The notes: generated by a model not told the origin, from the sequence alone. A stretch of DNA of 64,000 nt from Eledone cirrhosa (GCA_964016885.1 OZ024741.1:93372001-93436000), one strand, 5' to 3'; counted from the stretch's first letter, positions 25,560-38,800 are shown. Numbers and translations are program-made.

Positions 25560-27360
25560 ACATTACAAATCGTTTGCATTTCTTTCAGAATGAAAATATA
25601 AACAGAGCATATAAATAAATTTACAGTAGAATAACATAACAAATATGTTTTAAATATATACATAAATAAGATTACAAATGCTTCGATAACATTATAAATA
25701 GATCGCGATTCTTTCAGAAAGATATATTAATTTTAATGTTGCAATATTAAAGGAAATGTAAAGGAAGGGGTGAACAACCGAGCCAACACCAGAGGAAAAG
25801 ACAGCAGCGTCGCAAGGAATATTGGGCAACCTCTCTAATGATTTTTGAGACAAGCCAGCACACTCGCAGCGTTGCCTCGGGTGATGGCGTGGCTGATGCG
25901 CTGAAACAGCCAAGCGCCCTCGCGAGATTCGCCAGTTACCTCTATTAGGCGAGCCGCCAGTGAAGAGAGGAACCTCACAGTCAGCGGCCCGACTGCCCCA
26001 AACGTCTCGAAAGCCACAGGCTGAAAAATGTAGCTGGCCGACAGATCAGACTATTTGAGGGTCTTACTCCACTCGGCTGCGGAAGCTGTGGCTCTCGACC
26101 TAACCGCAGCATCCAGGGTGTGGGAAAGAGCAAAAGAGTCACTAACAGTGACTTCCCAGACAAGGCACCTGCCTCTCGACCAGGGGCACAGGGTAAGGCC
26201 GTCACTTCTGGACAACCCAGATAGTTCCAAGACTGAGGGGATATTCGCCCAGGCCAAAGCTCTCTTCAGAATGAGGTTTAGCTCTGTGTCACCTCAAACA
26301 CATGCAGACGTCAGCTCCCACTCTGAGGGCGATGGAGACACGAAGTTCGTCCAGGCTGAGTAGGCCACCAATGTTGGCCACGGGTAGGCATCAACCCAGT
26401 CGCCTGAGTATTTGGCGTTCGCAGATAGTAAGTGGCACTTTGCAAACTGATCTGACTGGACGAAGAGGGAGTTGAAGGTGGCCTTCGAACTTATGCTGTC
26501 CCAAGTTCTCTGACTTCGACTGTGCTCCACCTTCTCAGGAAGAGACAAGCCCAACTCACTCCATTGCTGGAGAGCTTCAGCCAACTCTATGTTGGAGAGG
26601 AGAGGATGCTGCCCACCAGGGTGAAGCAAGCATGGGTGGAGGAAAGGAAGCAGGGGAGAGAGAGGGACAAACACTTACAAAGACCAAGACCCCCTGATCG
26701 CGGCACTCTGGAGAGAGTCTAACATTGACCAGGCACTTGGGTCTCTCGAAGATTAGGTCGTCGAAGCATTGGAGGCATGAGTATGAAGAAACCTTGATGG
26801 AGTTCGATAACTTTGATATTCCTCAGCAGCTGCTCAAGGCCAAACATCTTCGATTAGAAGGTTGACTCGAAGGCCAGGTTTGTGATTAGGGCTCCTAAGG
26901 AGCACCAAGCCGACAGGGGAGGGACCGCGATGGAAGGGATGGACTCTGCAAACAGGTCGATTAGCTGTTGGTGTTGAGAAGCCGGGTGGTTGAGGATCCA
27001 GAGCTCACATTTGGAGCTATTGATCTGGAGACCCCGGCGGCCAAGCTCCTCAACCATCTTGTTGGCAGTGGCGAGAACCATATTCGGAATTCCCCCCAAA
27101 CAGGCGTCGTCGAGGTACCAGACATTGAGGTCCAATTCAACCCCCATCTTGGTGACAACATCAATGCCCAGTGCAAACAGAGCAGGCCCAAGTGGATCAC
27201 CCTGTTGGACTCCTGAGGCAGAGGTGATCATTTGGTCACCGAAAGAGAGGTAGGAGGGCTCCAGATAAGCCTGCTAAGGAAAGTGGTAGAGTTGTGGGAC
27301 CCTCTCTCTTACTGAACTGAGGACGATGTCATGGCTGACGTAGTTAAATGCATTCTTTAG
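25560..27360 (-). mobile_element. 5'-truncated CRE-clade non-LTR retrotransposon (RT + restriction-like endonuclease)
   Basis: LKNAFN, GVQQGDPLGPALFAL, WYLDD; RLE region SGLSRSDGLTLCPWSRGRCLVWEVTV, AFETFGAVGP, WLFQRISHAITRGNAASV. The 3' boundary is approximate. Confidence 0.85.
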
Positions 27361-27814
27361 CCCATCTTTCTCTCTTTCATATTTATCATATACACCCAAA
27401 CACATTCTGTATTTTACAATTATGCTTCATCAATTTGTCGTGATGTTCTTATTGTTAACCTTATGATTTGCACGAATTAAACAACGATTTGAATGTTGCT
27501 TCAAATCTAATATTTGACGAAATAAATAACCATATTTTAGACAAACAGACGCATTTGTTTTCAATTTTGTCAGTCTTTTCCTCAAAACATCATTACTGGT
27601 CATAGGTCTGAGTTCAAATCCCGCCGAGGTTAACTTTGCTTTTCATAAAATAAAGTACCAGTAATACATGCTTTTCATAAAATAAAGTACCAGTAATACA
27701 CTGGGATAATTGCTGGCCTTGTGCCAAAAGTAGAAACAATTATTACTGGGCATAGGCTTGCAACATGGAATCTTATGAATCACACATACAAACAATCATT
27801 ATGTTATTTTCAAC

Positions 27815-30150
27815 CATCACCATCATCATTGTTTAAACAACAGTTTTCCATGTCTGCATGGACACACGAGCTGTCATGCTCTGATATTAGGCCAGACAGA
27901 TATCTAATCCATACGTTCTATTTAGGCATGATCTACATCACTGGATGCCCTTCCCAACCCCCAATCAAGAATTTTTATCATGAAAGGTGGAGCGTGCCCA
28001 GCTGTTCACGTTGGTATAGGTTGGATATGGAAGGGAGGGGGTGTTTCTGTCTTTTGCAAGCTGCAATGGGGTTAATTGTGTGTGATCAGCTTTTACCACA
28101 TTGTCCCGTCTTCCTAGGTCTTCCACATCTATAGTTTCCATAAACTTTAAGTGACTTGCTCTTTTTATGTAACTCTCATCCTCCATATGTATCACATGTC
28201 CTTGCCATCACGATCTCCTCTCCTGCTCACAGCATCTGATTCCTTTTATGTCCGGTTTCTTTTTTCAGTTCACTGATGCTCTATGGTTCATGTACACTAC
28301 TATTTCACATCCATCAGAGTATGCATGCCTCATTTCTTTTCAAATTTCGTAGGTTCTCTGCACACAAGCATCTTTCAATCATTCAAGAAACCCTTTGTAG
28401 CCAGCAGAACATCCATCTTCACTGCTGATATGGTCACCCAGGTAACAGAAGTTGTCAACTACCTTTAGGAAGTCCTCTGAGCATTTGATAGAGTTTGTTT
28501 CATGTGAGTTCTCGCTGTATACTGCTCCTGAATATCTGCCACAAACAAGGCCTATATTCTTCACTACTCTGCCTGAGATTCTGCTACATCACTTGTGTAC
28601 CCATACCTACTCCTTTCCTGTATACTGAAGAGGGCTGTTTCCTTGATGGAATCAGGGCTTTGTTTTCCTTTCTACTTACTTCAGTCTTTGTCAAGTTGAC
28701 TTTAGGGCTTTTCGATTTCAGATTTTGCTCCCAAGTCTGGAATTGTTTCTCTAATTCTGCTGCAGAATCAGCTATGAAGACTAGATTGTTGGCATATAGT
28801 AGTTTCAATGAGCAGCCAGTTTTAAACTACCTTCTAATGGCTTGGTGGACAATAATAAACAGAAGACTGAGGACAGAGCCCTGGTGGATCCCCAACTTCA
28901 TGCTAAATTCCTCATTATACTCATTGTTAATTCTAACCTTGTTGACTGCACTTCTGTACTACCCTCACAAGCCACTCTTCTGCTCCTAGTTTCCTAAGAA
29001 CCCACTAGATTATATAACAGAACCCTGATAAATGCATTTTCCAGGTCAGCAAATGCTAGGTAGAGGGGGGCTTACTCTTAACTAGATGCTTTTCTTGCAG
29101 CTATCTCACAATGAAGAGGTCATCTGTGGAAATTTTACCAAGCACAAAACTAAACTGCTTCTTGTCTAGGTTGATTCGATCCCTAATTAGTTGTGCTATA
29201 ATTCTTTCAATAACTTTCATAACCTGGAACATCAACTTGATGACTCTATAGCTTCCTCTGTATAGTATGTCTCCCTTACCTTTGTAGCAGTTGACAACAA
29301 TCATTGGGCATGACACCATTCTGTATTCCTTGGTTTACAATACAGGTAGTTATGGTGTGGCCCACCATCCTAGATGTTTTCAGTATCTCAGCAACTATTC
29401 CGGGTGGCCCAGTTGTTTTGATTCTTTTTAAATCCTTAATTGCTTTACTTACCACACTGCTGCTGACTTGGATGGCTTGGATGGCTGGTCCTTCAGTTGG
29501 GTCTACTTGAGACATTATCTTCCTCCCATGCATTCTCTTCATTTAACAGCCTCTTATAATGGCACTTCCACACTTTTTTATTTCCAGCATCAGTGAGGGT
29601 GTGTCACTGTCATTACAAATGTACTTCTTCCCCACATCTTGATTTCCCCGTAATAATCCTGAACACCTCAAACCTTGGATCTTCATGACATAAAACATGT
29701 GCAAACTTAGTTCCCCCCCCCCCCCCCCCCCCCGTTAAGTGAACCTGGTGCCTAGGCTAGCTTCTAACTTCTTGATACCACTCTCTGCTTCCCCGTTTTG
29801 CCAGTCTTTCCATGCCTGCTTCATGATTTTGATCACCTCTTCTAACCTACTATTCCATCAACATGTCACTCTTTATCTAACTGGAGACTTGCATCTGTAA
29901 CAGGTCTTATCTATAGCCTTCAGCAGGTTGTCACACACAAACCTCCATTGTTCTTCTACATTAACAGTTTCCAGCTCCTCTTCTCTACTCTCATAAGCAT
30001 CAAGCAGGATATCCTTGAATTTGTTGCCACCCAGAGAAACTTGAACTTTGTTTTTTTGCTCATGAGAAGTTGAGCTGAGGCTCCTCTCCACCTAGTCTTT
30101 TGTAAACAGCACGCATCTACTTGCTTTTGCTTGAGTAATTCTAGTTTTAT
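27815..30150 (-). mobile_element. Old degenerate RTE LINE
   Basis: Fragments VDACCLQKTRWRG, NCYKGKGD...YRVIKLM, LLYANNL, VDNFCYLGD; many stops. Confidence 0.85.
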
Positions 30151-31135
30151 CAAACCAAGGTGATGTTGAGGGTAGCAGTCTTAAATTTTGAAATTCACAA
30201 GAATCGTTATTGATAGGAAAGATTTTTAACTGAGTTTGAATAAAGTAGATGAATTTTCAAGGAAAAGATTTTATTGCCCACTAAATGAATATAACCCTTT
30301 CATTAGAATACTTCCATCTAAATATTTTATTTAATGTTGAAAATGTTTAAGAATTAAGTTAAATAATTCACTTTTTCATGATTAAACTGCTTATTCTGAA
30401 CACAGCTTAACAAAATGGCCAAGTATAAAATTATGTTGGAAGGTTTTAGTTTAGATATAAATACTTTAAAAGAAGAAATTTATGTCAGAATTAGGGGTGG
30501 CTTCAGATGTGCTGATACCAACAATGTTAAAATAAACAGCATAGTGCGGTCCCAACACAAAAGACTATAATAATAGCTGATCATTCTAAATAATAGTTGA
30601 GAAAATTGGGTGACTTATTCCTGGAATCAGAAAAAAGTGAACAGTTTCTCCTGCAACCAGTTGTTTAAACAGTTTACTATCATAAAACCAGGAATTGCTT
30701 CAAGCAGTTTGTTATCAAAAGGGTGAACATCGAAATGTTTGTGTAAAAGCAAATTTGATATAACACCAATAAGACACATTTTGTAAAAAATAATTTATTA
30801 AAATTTAGATAATTTTTGTGCATGGTGTGTGCATGGGGAGGTAATAATATACATTTCTATTCAAGATTATTACAGCAACTAGCAGAAAACCACCCTACTG
30901 GTGGTCTTCTGTTAACATGTGTAGTGTGTATATTGATATTATACACAAATATATATGCATGTAAATATGATACATCAAATAAAATCGTAGTTGACAATAT
31001 ACACAGAAATTGAACAAAGACTGCGTTACACTGTCTTATGTAATCAGTAATGTAATCCATGATACATTAAAAAAAGACGATATTATATATAAACTGCATT
31101 AGGAGAAAATTAGTATGTTTATTTAAGTGATCGCC

Positions 31136-31222
31136 ACCGGAAGTGTTGACATCACACACTCTCTCTTTCTATATATATGTAGTTGAAGTGGTGGTGGTGG
31201 TGGCAACGTTATACCGGAAGTG
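31136..31222 (+). promoter_or_regulatory. Pair of ETS/GABP-type sites
   Basis: ACCGGAAGTG at 31136-31145 and 31213-31222, plus GTGGCAAC at 31200-31207, in very AT-rich DNA. Confidence 0.4.
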
Positions 31223-32268
31223 CAACTTTGAAAAGAAGTCAATTTTAAATTATTTACTTTTACAAAATTATTTTTGTTTACGAAATTTAGTAGATAAATT
31301 ATGTAATATTCATTCATTATTTATTCAAAGTAATCCAACTTATTTTACTAACGGGGTAAAAATATATATTCTGGACGCAATCCTGCAGACCTTCCTTTAT
31401 TATAGTTAAGATAGCAGTATTTCCTCTGTAGAACAATTGGTGGGGGGAAAATATATACTGAAAATCTAGAAAGATTCCAGAATATTAAATTGGTAATTCT
31501 TTACATCAGTACTTCTTTTTAAATCTTAATGTTGATTACCATGTTCTAGTTACTACATTTATTGTATTTCAGATTTCTTTGGTAAAAGTGCATCATTGTG
31601 TATGTGACTGTATCTGTATCTATGATTGTGTGTGTGTTTGTGTGCATAACTATATCTGTACATGATTGTGAGTGTGTGTGTGTGACTGTATTGGTATGTA
31701 TGTTATTGTGTGTGTTTGTGTGAATATATCAGTATATGATTATGTGTGTGTGCCTGTATCTGTATGTATGTGATTGCATGTCTGACTATTCGTATGTATG
31801 TGATTGTGTGTGTAACTATCTGTATGTAAGTAATTATGTGTGTACTTGTAGCTGTGAATTCATTTTTGAAGTTGATTTAGAATACAGTTTAATAAAAAAA
31901 AATTTAAATCTTACTAAATAATAATATTCCATAATCTATTAATTATAATTATTCAAGTAAAGCAATATCATTGCCAAATTTGATAATTAAATAAAGTGTA
32001 TCTTGAGGAATTAATACAATAAACTTTTGATGTTTTTTGCCAATAAACAAGGAGAGAAGCTGGTTGTCTGACCAGACCAAAGAAACAATGTTTCCATTGG
32101 TCTTGCCATTACTGATACTATCTGATGGTTGCAACTCCTGGCAAAGGGAGAAACATGAAATAAAATACAATGCATTAACCAATCCAAGAATTGAACCTAC
32201 AATCTTATGATCATAAGTTCAACATCCTAACCATTAGGTCACATGACTTCAATAAATAAAAAACAAAC

Positions 32269-32443
32269 TTAAGCTGGAAACAAAACTTTTGAAGGATTTA
32301 GGATGTTGTTGGGATCTAGAGCTGTCTTTAATTCCCTCATTAACTGAATGGTGTTCTCATCAAGTTCTTGTGTCAATAAATGTTGTTTGCCAAGACCAAC
32401 TCCATGTTCCCCAGTACATGTGCCATTGAGGGCTAAAGCTCTC
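32269..32443 (-). CDS. LDHD: D-lactate dehydrogenase, last coding exon
   Basis: ttcttttctag|G-RALALNGTCTGEHGVGLGKQHLLTQELDENTIQLMRELKTALDPNNILNPSKVLFPA*; GEHG and DPxNILNP motifs; phase 2 entry. Confidence 0.95.
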
Positions 32444-32826
32444 CTAGAAAAGAATAAAATAGTATTAAGACACAAGTTTTTTAAATCTTAACATCCTGTA
32501 ATGATTAAATATCTAAAAAAAAGGGCTTGTTAATTCAAATGTTTATAGTATCCTAACTAGTGGGCACATCATTGAGAAATTTCCAATATTAGAGTAAAGC
32601 ATTTAATTTTTTTATTTTTTTTATGTATCATCTGCATCCCCCGATCATGAGCTGAATACCTTAACCACTAGGCTGCATGCTTTCACAAAATAATCTCCAG
32701 TTCATCCAAAGTGGAGCACATATAAGATAAATATCTCCTGAATATATGTTACTTCCATGGTGATGATTTACTAAGAACAGGATTTGACTCCAATACTTGA
32801 GGCTTGTGAAACACTCATCAATTATA

Positions 32827-33068
32827 CAGGATGTCCATAAATTATCTTTACAATTTGAAAAATATCAGAATAAAATGGATAACTCTACAGGGTTTATTGA
32901 AAAAGATAGGTAAGCAATGAAAGCCATATTAAAAACATCAGAATACTTCAATGTAGACTCTGATGATTGTATGCAACACATCAAGATGATGCTCAATTTC
33001 TGGCCTTGAATTATGGAGCATCCTCTTATCAATGGTGTAATTTGGAAAGATGATTTATGGACACCTTG
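32827..33068. mobile_element. Tc1/mariner-type MITE (242 bp)
   Basis: TA|CAGGATGTCCATAAATTATCTTT ... AAAGATGATTTATGGACACCTTG|TA. Confidence 0.8.
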
Positions 33069-34398
33069 TATATACATTGAGTCTGCTGTTTCTACATGTG
33101 TTGCGTTAGACCTCTGTCAGTCCTGACATTTGTACCAGTTGTTTAACCAGTGGAACAGCCTGCTCATGAAATGTATGGACAAGTGGCTGAACATTCGATA
33201 GATATGTGTACTCTTAATGTAATTCTCAAGGAAATTCAGTGTGACAAAGCTGGCCGTTTGAATCACCAGTACAACTTATTCTTGCCAACTGAGTTAGCTG
33301 GAGCAACATAAAACAGTTTATTGTTCAAGGACACAACATGCTGCCAGGAATCAAACTAACAAACTTAAGATTGTGAGCCAAACACCCTAACCACTAAGAT
33401 ACATGCCTTCAGATGTCAACTATAGTTTTTCCCTTTTTATAGCTAAGGGAACAGAGCCACTGAAAATAAAGGTTCTTCTTGCAGAAATAAATAATTGTGG
33501 TCAGCTTCAAGATAATATCAACTGACCCTTTCAACTACAAAACCCTAATAAACGTAGATAACTAAATCTCAAATCGACTTTGTGCATAAATGAAAAATAA
33601 AATACTCAAATAATAGTCGATCTCATGTAAAAGTCGACTCTAGTATTTCACGGATAACAGGTCAACATTTGTGGGTCAAGATATCCTGTACGTAGAAATA
33701 ACACTGTTACAAAATCATCATGAATTTAAGGCAAATTTATATTATTGTAAATACATGTCTGAAACTAAAAATGTGTGCCTATCTTACTGTAGCCTGCCCT
33801 TTAGCTGGAATACTTGGTTCTTATAGTAAAATGCCATAGGATGTGTGTTTTGATGTATAGGACCGGTAATATTACTGTAGTTCATTGTGGTTTTGATTTT
33901 ATTTGTTTAGAGAGCTGTTGGGCTTCTGTTATTCATATGGTACTTTGGATTCTAGCTTGAATTTCAAGCCCCTCAAAAGTAGTATCCATATAAGTGTTGA
34001 CCCTATGAATTTAACCTTAAAAAACGGTCTAAAGAATTTGACTTTTACACAAGTATAAACGTATTATAATTTATGATTCTATCCATGGAATTTGAATTCC
34101 TGATGGAATCACAGAGGAACCACCATGATATAGAGTGGGTCCTGGTCATTTAAACTTATTGAAGCCTATTCTTTCCTGAGTCTGAACTCAGCCAATTTCT
34201 TCCAGAGAAAGAGAGAGTGAGATAGAAGAAGAAATGATCTCATTATTGGAGTGGTACTCTATTTATTGGCATTGAAATGATGAAAGGCAAAGTTGACCGT
34301 GACAGGATTTAAATTTAGAGTGTAGAGAACTGGAACAAATATCCCATTTTCTAACGACTTTGCCAGTTCACTACAAAATTTATTATTATGCTAATAAT

Positions 34399-34584
34399 TG
34401 TTTCTACTTTTGGCACAAGGCCAGCAATTTCCCCAGTGCATTACTGGTACTTTATTTTATCAACCCCATAAGGATGAAAGGCAAAGTTAACTTCGGTGGG
34501 ATTTGATCTCAGACCATAAAGGGCAGTAACTATGCTGCAAAGCATGGCGTCCGACCCTTTACCGATACTGCCAATCCACCGCCC
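34399..34584 (-). mobile_element. SINE with 18-bp target-site duplication
   Basis: TATTATTATGCTAATAAT at 34381-34398 and 34585-34602 flanks a full copy. Confidence 0.9.
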
Positions 34585-34709
34585 TATTATTATGCTAATA
34601 ATACATCATCATTAATATTTTATGTCCTCTTTCCAAGACTAGACAAGTTGAAGAGACCTCATCTTGCTCATATATTCCCTATTTGGTATGACTGGATGCT
34701 CTTCCTAAC

Positions 34710-35038
34710 ACCAACTACTTTACAGAGTGAACTGGGTGTATTTTATTGTGGTACATTACATATTGTGGTACATTACAGAATAGTAGGTGTATTTTATTAT
34801 AACACCAACACTACCCCTTTACAGACTGTTCTGGGTGCATTTTATCATTGCACAAGCACTACCACTTTACAAATTGTACTTGGTGAATTGTATTGTAACA
34901 CCAGCACTATCACTTTACAGAGTGTACTGAGTGCATTTTATCATGGCACCTGCACTGCCACTTTACAGAGTGTACTAGGTGCATTTTATTGGGGCACCAA
35001 CACAACCACTTTACAGAGTGTACTGGGCGCATTTTATA
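34710..35038 (-). repeat. Degenerate 48-bp tandem array of an RTE/SINE motif
   Basis: Units like ACCACTTTACAGAGTGTACTGGGTGCATTTTATCATGGCACCAGCACT; produces the spurious 16-aa repeat ORF 34648-35043. Confidence 0.8.
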
Positions 35039-35089
35039 TGTAGTAGTTATTTAATGACTATTACTCAATTTCATGTACTGAATACTCAC

Positions 35090-35201
35090 ATAGTAATTTT
35101 ATCAGTAGTTTCCAATACTAATCTTAGTTCATTTTGATCATTGGGGTCAAAAACAAATGTAGCATGAACATTTCCATCACCAACATGGCCAACGATAGAA
35201 C
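35090..35201 (-). CDS. LDHD: LDHD active-site exon, copy B (alternative)
   Basis: ctttccttttctag|GT-SIVGHVGDGNVHATFVFDPNDQNELRLVLETTDKIT-AT|gtgagt; 112 nt, phase 1 to 2, no stop. Confidence 0.88.
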
Positions 35202-35239
35202 CTAGAAAAGGAAAGCAACTAATATAGAAATGCACTCAC

Positions 35240-35351
35240 TTTGCCATACGATTGGCTAAATCGGCAACTATTTGCTTCTCCTCAGGCTTGTCTGATGTTA
35301 CTGGGAAAAACACGTGGAAATTGCCATCACCAACATGACCAACAATTGGGC
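35240..35351 (-). CDS. LDHD: LDHD active-site exon, copy A (alternative)
   Basis: tttcattttccaag|GC-PIVGHVGDGNFHVFFPVTSDKPEEKQIVADLANRMA-AA|gtgagt; 112 nt, phase 1 to 2, no stop. Confidence 0.92.
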
Positions 35352-35414
35352 CTTGGAAAATGAAATTTAATTGAGTGATTACATGCATACATACATAGGT
35401 ATTTTATATACATA

Positions 35415-35790
35415 TTTTAGAAGTGAGCATGCTTCAATGGATGTATAATTTTAATGTGCATGAATAATGAAGCATAGATGAGCTGGGAGAAAAACTGGGA
35501 TTAAGAGGAATCAAATATAGTGTGCAAAAGAGAAGACAATGCTAGAATGGATAAGTGATACATATGGATGATGTTTGCTGCATAAAGAAGTGTCAAGAAA
35601 TCCTAGTAGAAGATAGCTGCAATAGAGGAAGACCAAAGAAGACTTGGGAAAAGGTGGTGAGAACTGATCTCACATTGCTGAAGTTCACAAAGAAGATGAT
35701 GGAGGAACATAACAAATGGAGGGATGTTGTGTTGGAAAAGACCTGCCCAACCCATACAAGCATGGAATAGCGGGTGTAAAATAATAATGT
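35415..35790 (+). mobile_element. RTE 3' fragment
   Basis: CIKKCQEILVE...RGRPKKTWEKVV and 3' end CCCAACCCATACAAGCATGGAA. Confidence 0.75.
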
Positions 35791-35848
35791 TTAAAATGTA
35801 ACTGAGAAATTACTTATATACATATTATATTTTATATATATATATATA

Positions 35849-38800
35849 TCATCATCATCATCATCATCAACGTTTAACGTCTATCTTCCATGCTAGCATG
35901 GGTTTAGACGGGAATTGTCCTACTTGAGGCAAGATTGGTCGGGTGACCATGTCTCGCTCATATAGGGCTGTCTGATAGGTTTTCTACGGCTGGATGCCCT
36001 TCCTAATACCAACCATGTTTACAGTGTGGAACTGGGGGGTTTTTACCGTGTTACCTACACGGCCACATTGTAGTGTGGACTGTGTTTTTTTGTCGTGACA
36101 CCTACACGACCTAATTTATTTTAGACTGGATGTTGTGGTACCAACATAACTTTATATATATATATATCATCATCATCATCTTCGTTTAACGTCCACTTTC
36201 CACGCTAGCATGGGTTAGACGGGAGTTGTCCCACTTGAGGCAAGGTTTGGTCGGGTGACCGTGTCTCGCTCATATAGGACTATCTGGCAGGTTTTCTATG
36301 GCTGGATGCCCTTCCTAACACCAACCACATTTACAGTGTGGAACTGGGAACTTTTTACCATGTTACCTACACGGCCACATTACAGCGTGGACTGTGTTTT
36401 TTTCTCGTGACACCTACACGATCTCGATCTCATTTATCTCATTTATTTGGACTGGACGATGTGGTACCAACTTTACAGAGAGAGGGTGGTGTTGGTGGAA
36501 GTAGGAGGATAGGGTAGGGGTAGTAGATTGGGGTGTATATTTGGTTAAGAGGTGCCTACTGACTGTAGGTTTCGCTTTGTACATAGGCAAGGCGGGTCTT
36601 CTGTATTACTGCGTAGCGCCAAAGATCTCGGTCCAATGACATTGTCTTAGAGAGGTGCAAGTGTGTAAGGTCGGAATTTATCAGATCGTCCCAGGTTTTT
36701 CTGGGTCTACCTACTCTGTAACTACCATCAATTTTGATCGCCCTGCACTTTTTTATACAGCTGTCGCCTTTCATGCGCATCACGTGGCCATACCAACGTA
36801 GTCTTCTCTCGAGTAAACAGCATCTGATCCCTCTTATTCCTAATTTCTCACTTAGTTCACTTATGCTTTGCCGTTGACGTATATTACTATTACACATCCA
36901 ACGGAGCATGCATGCTTTGTTCCTTTCCAGTCTACGCAAGTCCTCTGCACGCAATGCCCATGTCTCACTGCCATGTAGCATTGCTGTTCGTATACAAGCA
37001 TCATACAATCTATCTTTCATTTTTAGAGAGAAACCTTTTGTGGCCAACAGCGGTATAAGCTCTCTGAACTTTTTCCATCCCGTTCTGACTCTGGCTACTG
37101 TACTTTCAGAACACCCTCCAACACTGCTGATTTCGTCACCCAGGTAACGGAAAGTGTCTACTATTTCTATAGAACCATCTGTGCAATAGAAGGGGCTAGT
37201 ATGTTGTAGACACTTGCTACCTATTTCCCTGAGGGTACCTGTGCCTTATTTTCCTTTCTACAAACTAGGACTTTAGTCTTAGACAAGTTAACTTTAAGGC
37301 CTTTTGATTCTAGGCCATGCTTCCATGTTTGGAATTTCTTTTTTAATTCAGCCATTGATTCAGCTATGAGCGTTAGGTCATCTGCGTATAGGAGTTCCCA
37401 TGGGCAGCCGGTCTTGAACTCCTCTGTTATAGCCTGAAGGGCAATAATAAATAGGAGGGGGCTAAGGACAGAGCCTTGGTGAACACCAACTTTTACACTA
37501 AATTCTTCACAATATTCATTGTTAATTCTAACCTTACTGACTGTTTCATTATACATAGCTTGTATAGCTCTCACAAGCCATTCATCTACACCTAGTTTTC
37601 TAAGAGCCCATCAGATCATGGAGCGGGGGGACTCTGTCAAAGGCTTTTTCCAGGTCTACAAAAGCTAAGTAGAGGGGTTTACTTTTAGCTAGGTACTTAT
37701 CTTGTAGTTGTCGTATAAGAAAAAGAGTGTCTGTGGTACTTTTACCTGTCACAAACCCAAACTGCCTTTCATCTAGATCAATTCGCTCTCTGATTAGTTG
37801 CACTATAACTCTTTCTATGACTTTCATGACCTGGTCAACTAACTTAATGCCTCTATAGTTTCCTCTATCTAGAGCATCTCCCTTACCCTTGTAGCAGTTA
37901 ATAATGATGCTGTTACGCCAATCTTTTGGTATGTCCCCATTCTGTATTACTTGGTTAACTATACGGGTGACCATAGTATGTCCCACCATTCCAGATGCCT
38001 TCAACATGTCAGCAACTATCTCCGAAGGTCCAGCTCCCTTGCCTGTCTTCATATCTTTGATTGCCTTACTTATTATACTACCTTTAACTTGCACCGCTGG
38101 TCCTTCTATTGGATCGATTTGGGGCAGACTATCTTTTTCCCACTTATTCTCTTCATTTAATAGTCTCTCGTAGTGACACTTCCAGGTATCTTCTTATCAG
38201 TACACCGTTATCATTACGGACACACTTCTCCCCGACAATATCACAGTTTTCCTTGACACATTGTCTAGCAATCCTGAACACCTCGCGTTTTTGGTCCTCA
38301 CGTGTTAGAACATGCTTGAACTTTCTTTCCTCTGCTTCCCTTTTTGCAAGGTACACTTGTCTCCTAGCTTTTCTCCTGGCCACTTGATAGTGCTCTCTAC
38401 TTCCCCCATTCTGCCATTCTTTCCAAGCCTGCTTTTTGGCCTTAATTGTCTCTTCCACCTTACTGTTCTACCACCAAGTTACTCTCCTCCTGCCAATAGG
38501 TCTGCTCCAGCCACAGATTTCATCCGTAGCTTTTAGCAGGTTCACTTTCAAGAATTGCCACTGTTCCTCTATATCGCACGTCTCTAATTGCTCTTCCTTA
38601 TTGTCAAAGGCATCAAGTAATAAGCTTTTAAATTTGTCACTGGCTATGGGATACTTCAACTTCCATATTCTTCTCCTCAAGGTAGGCCTCCTCTGTCGTC
38701 GAGTACGTCTATTCCTGACTGTGAGGTCACTAACTACTAGGCTATGTTGGGAGGTGCATTCTTCACGGAGGAGGGATTTAGTGTTTACAACAGACACTTT

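Noticed and set aside
33540-34070. pogo/Tigger-like MITE
   Set aside because: Only one degenerate terminus is recognisable; boundaries cannot be supported.
34648-35043. 131-aa repeat protein
   Set aside because: By-product of the 48-bp array.
35090-35201. Exon B as a dead pseudo-exon or assembly duplicate
   Set aside because: Too diverged from exon A to be an artefact, yet it keeps length, phase, splice sites and catalytic motif with synonymous changes. Not fully excluded without RNA data.
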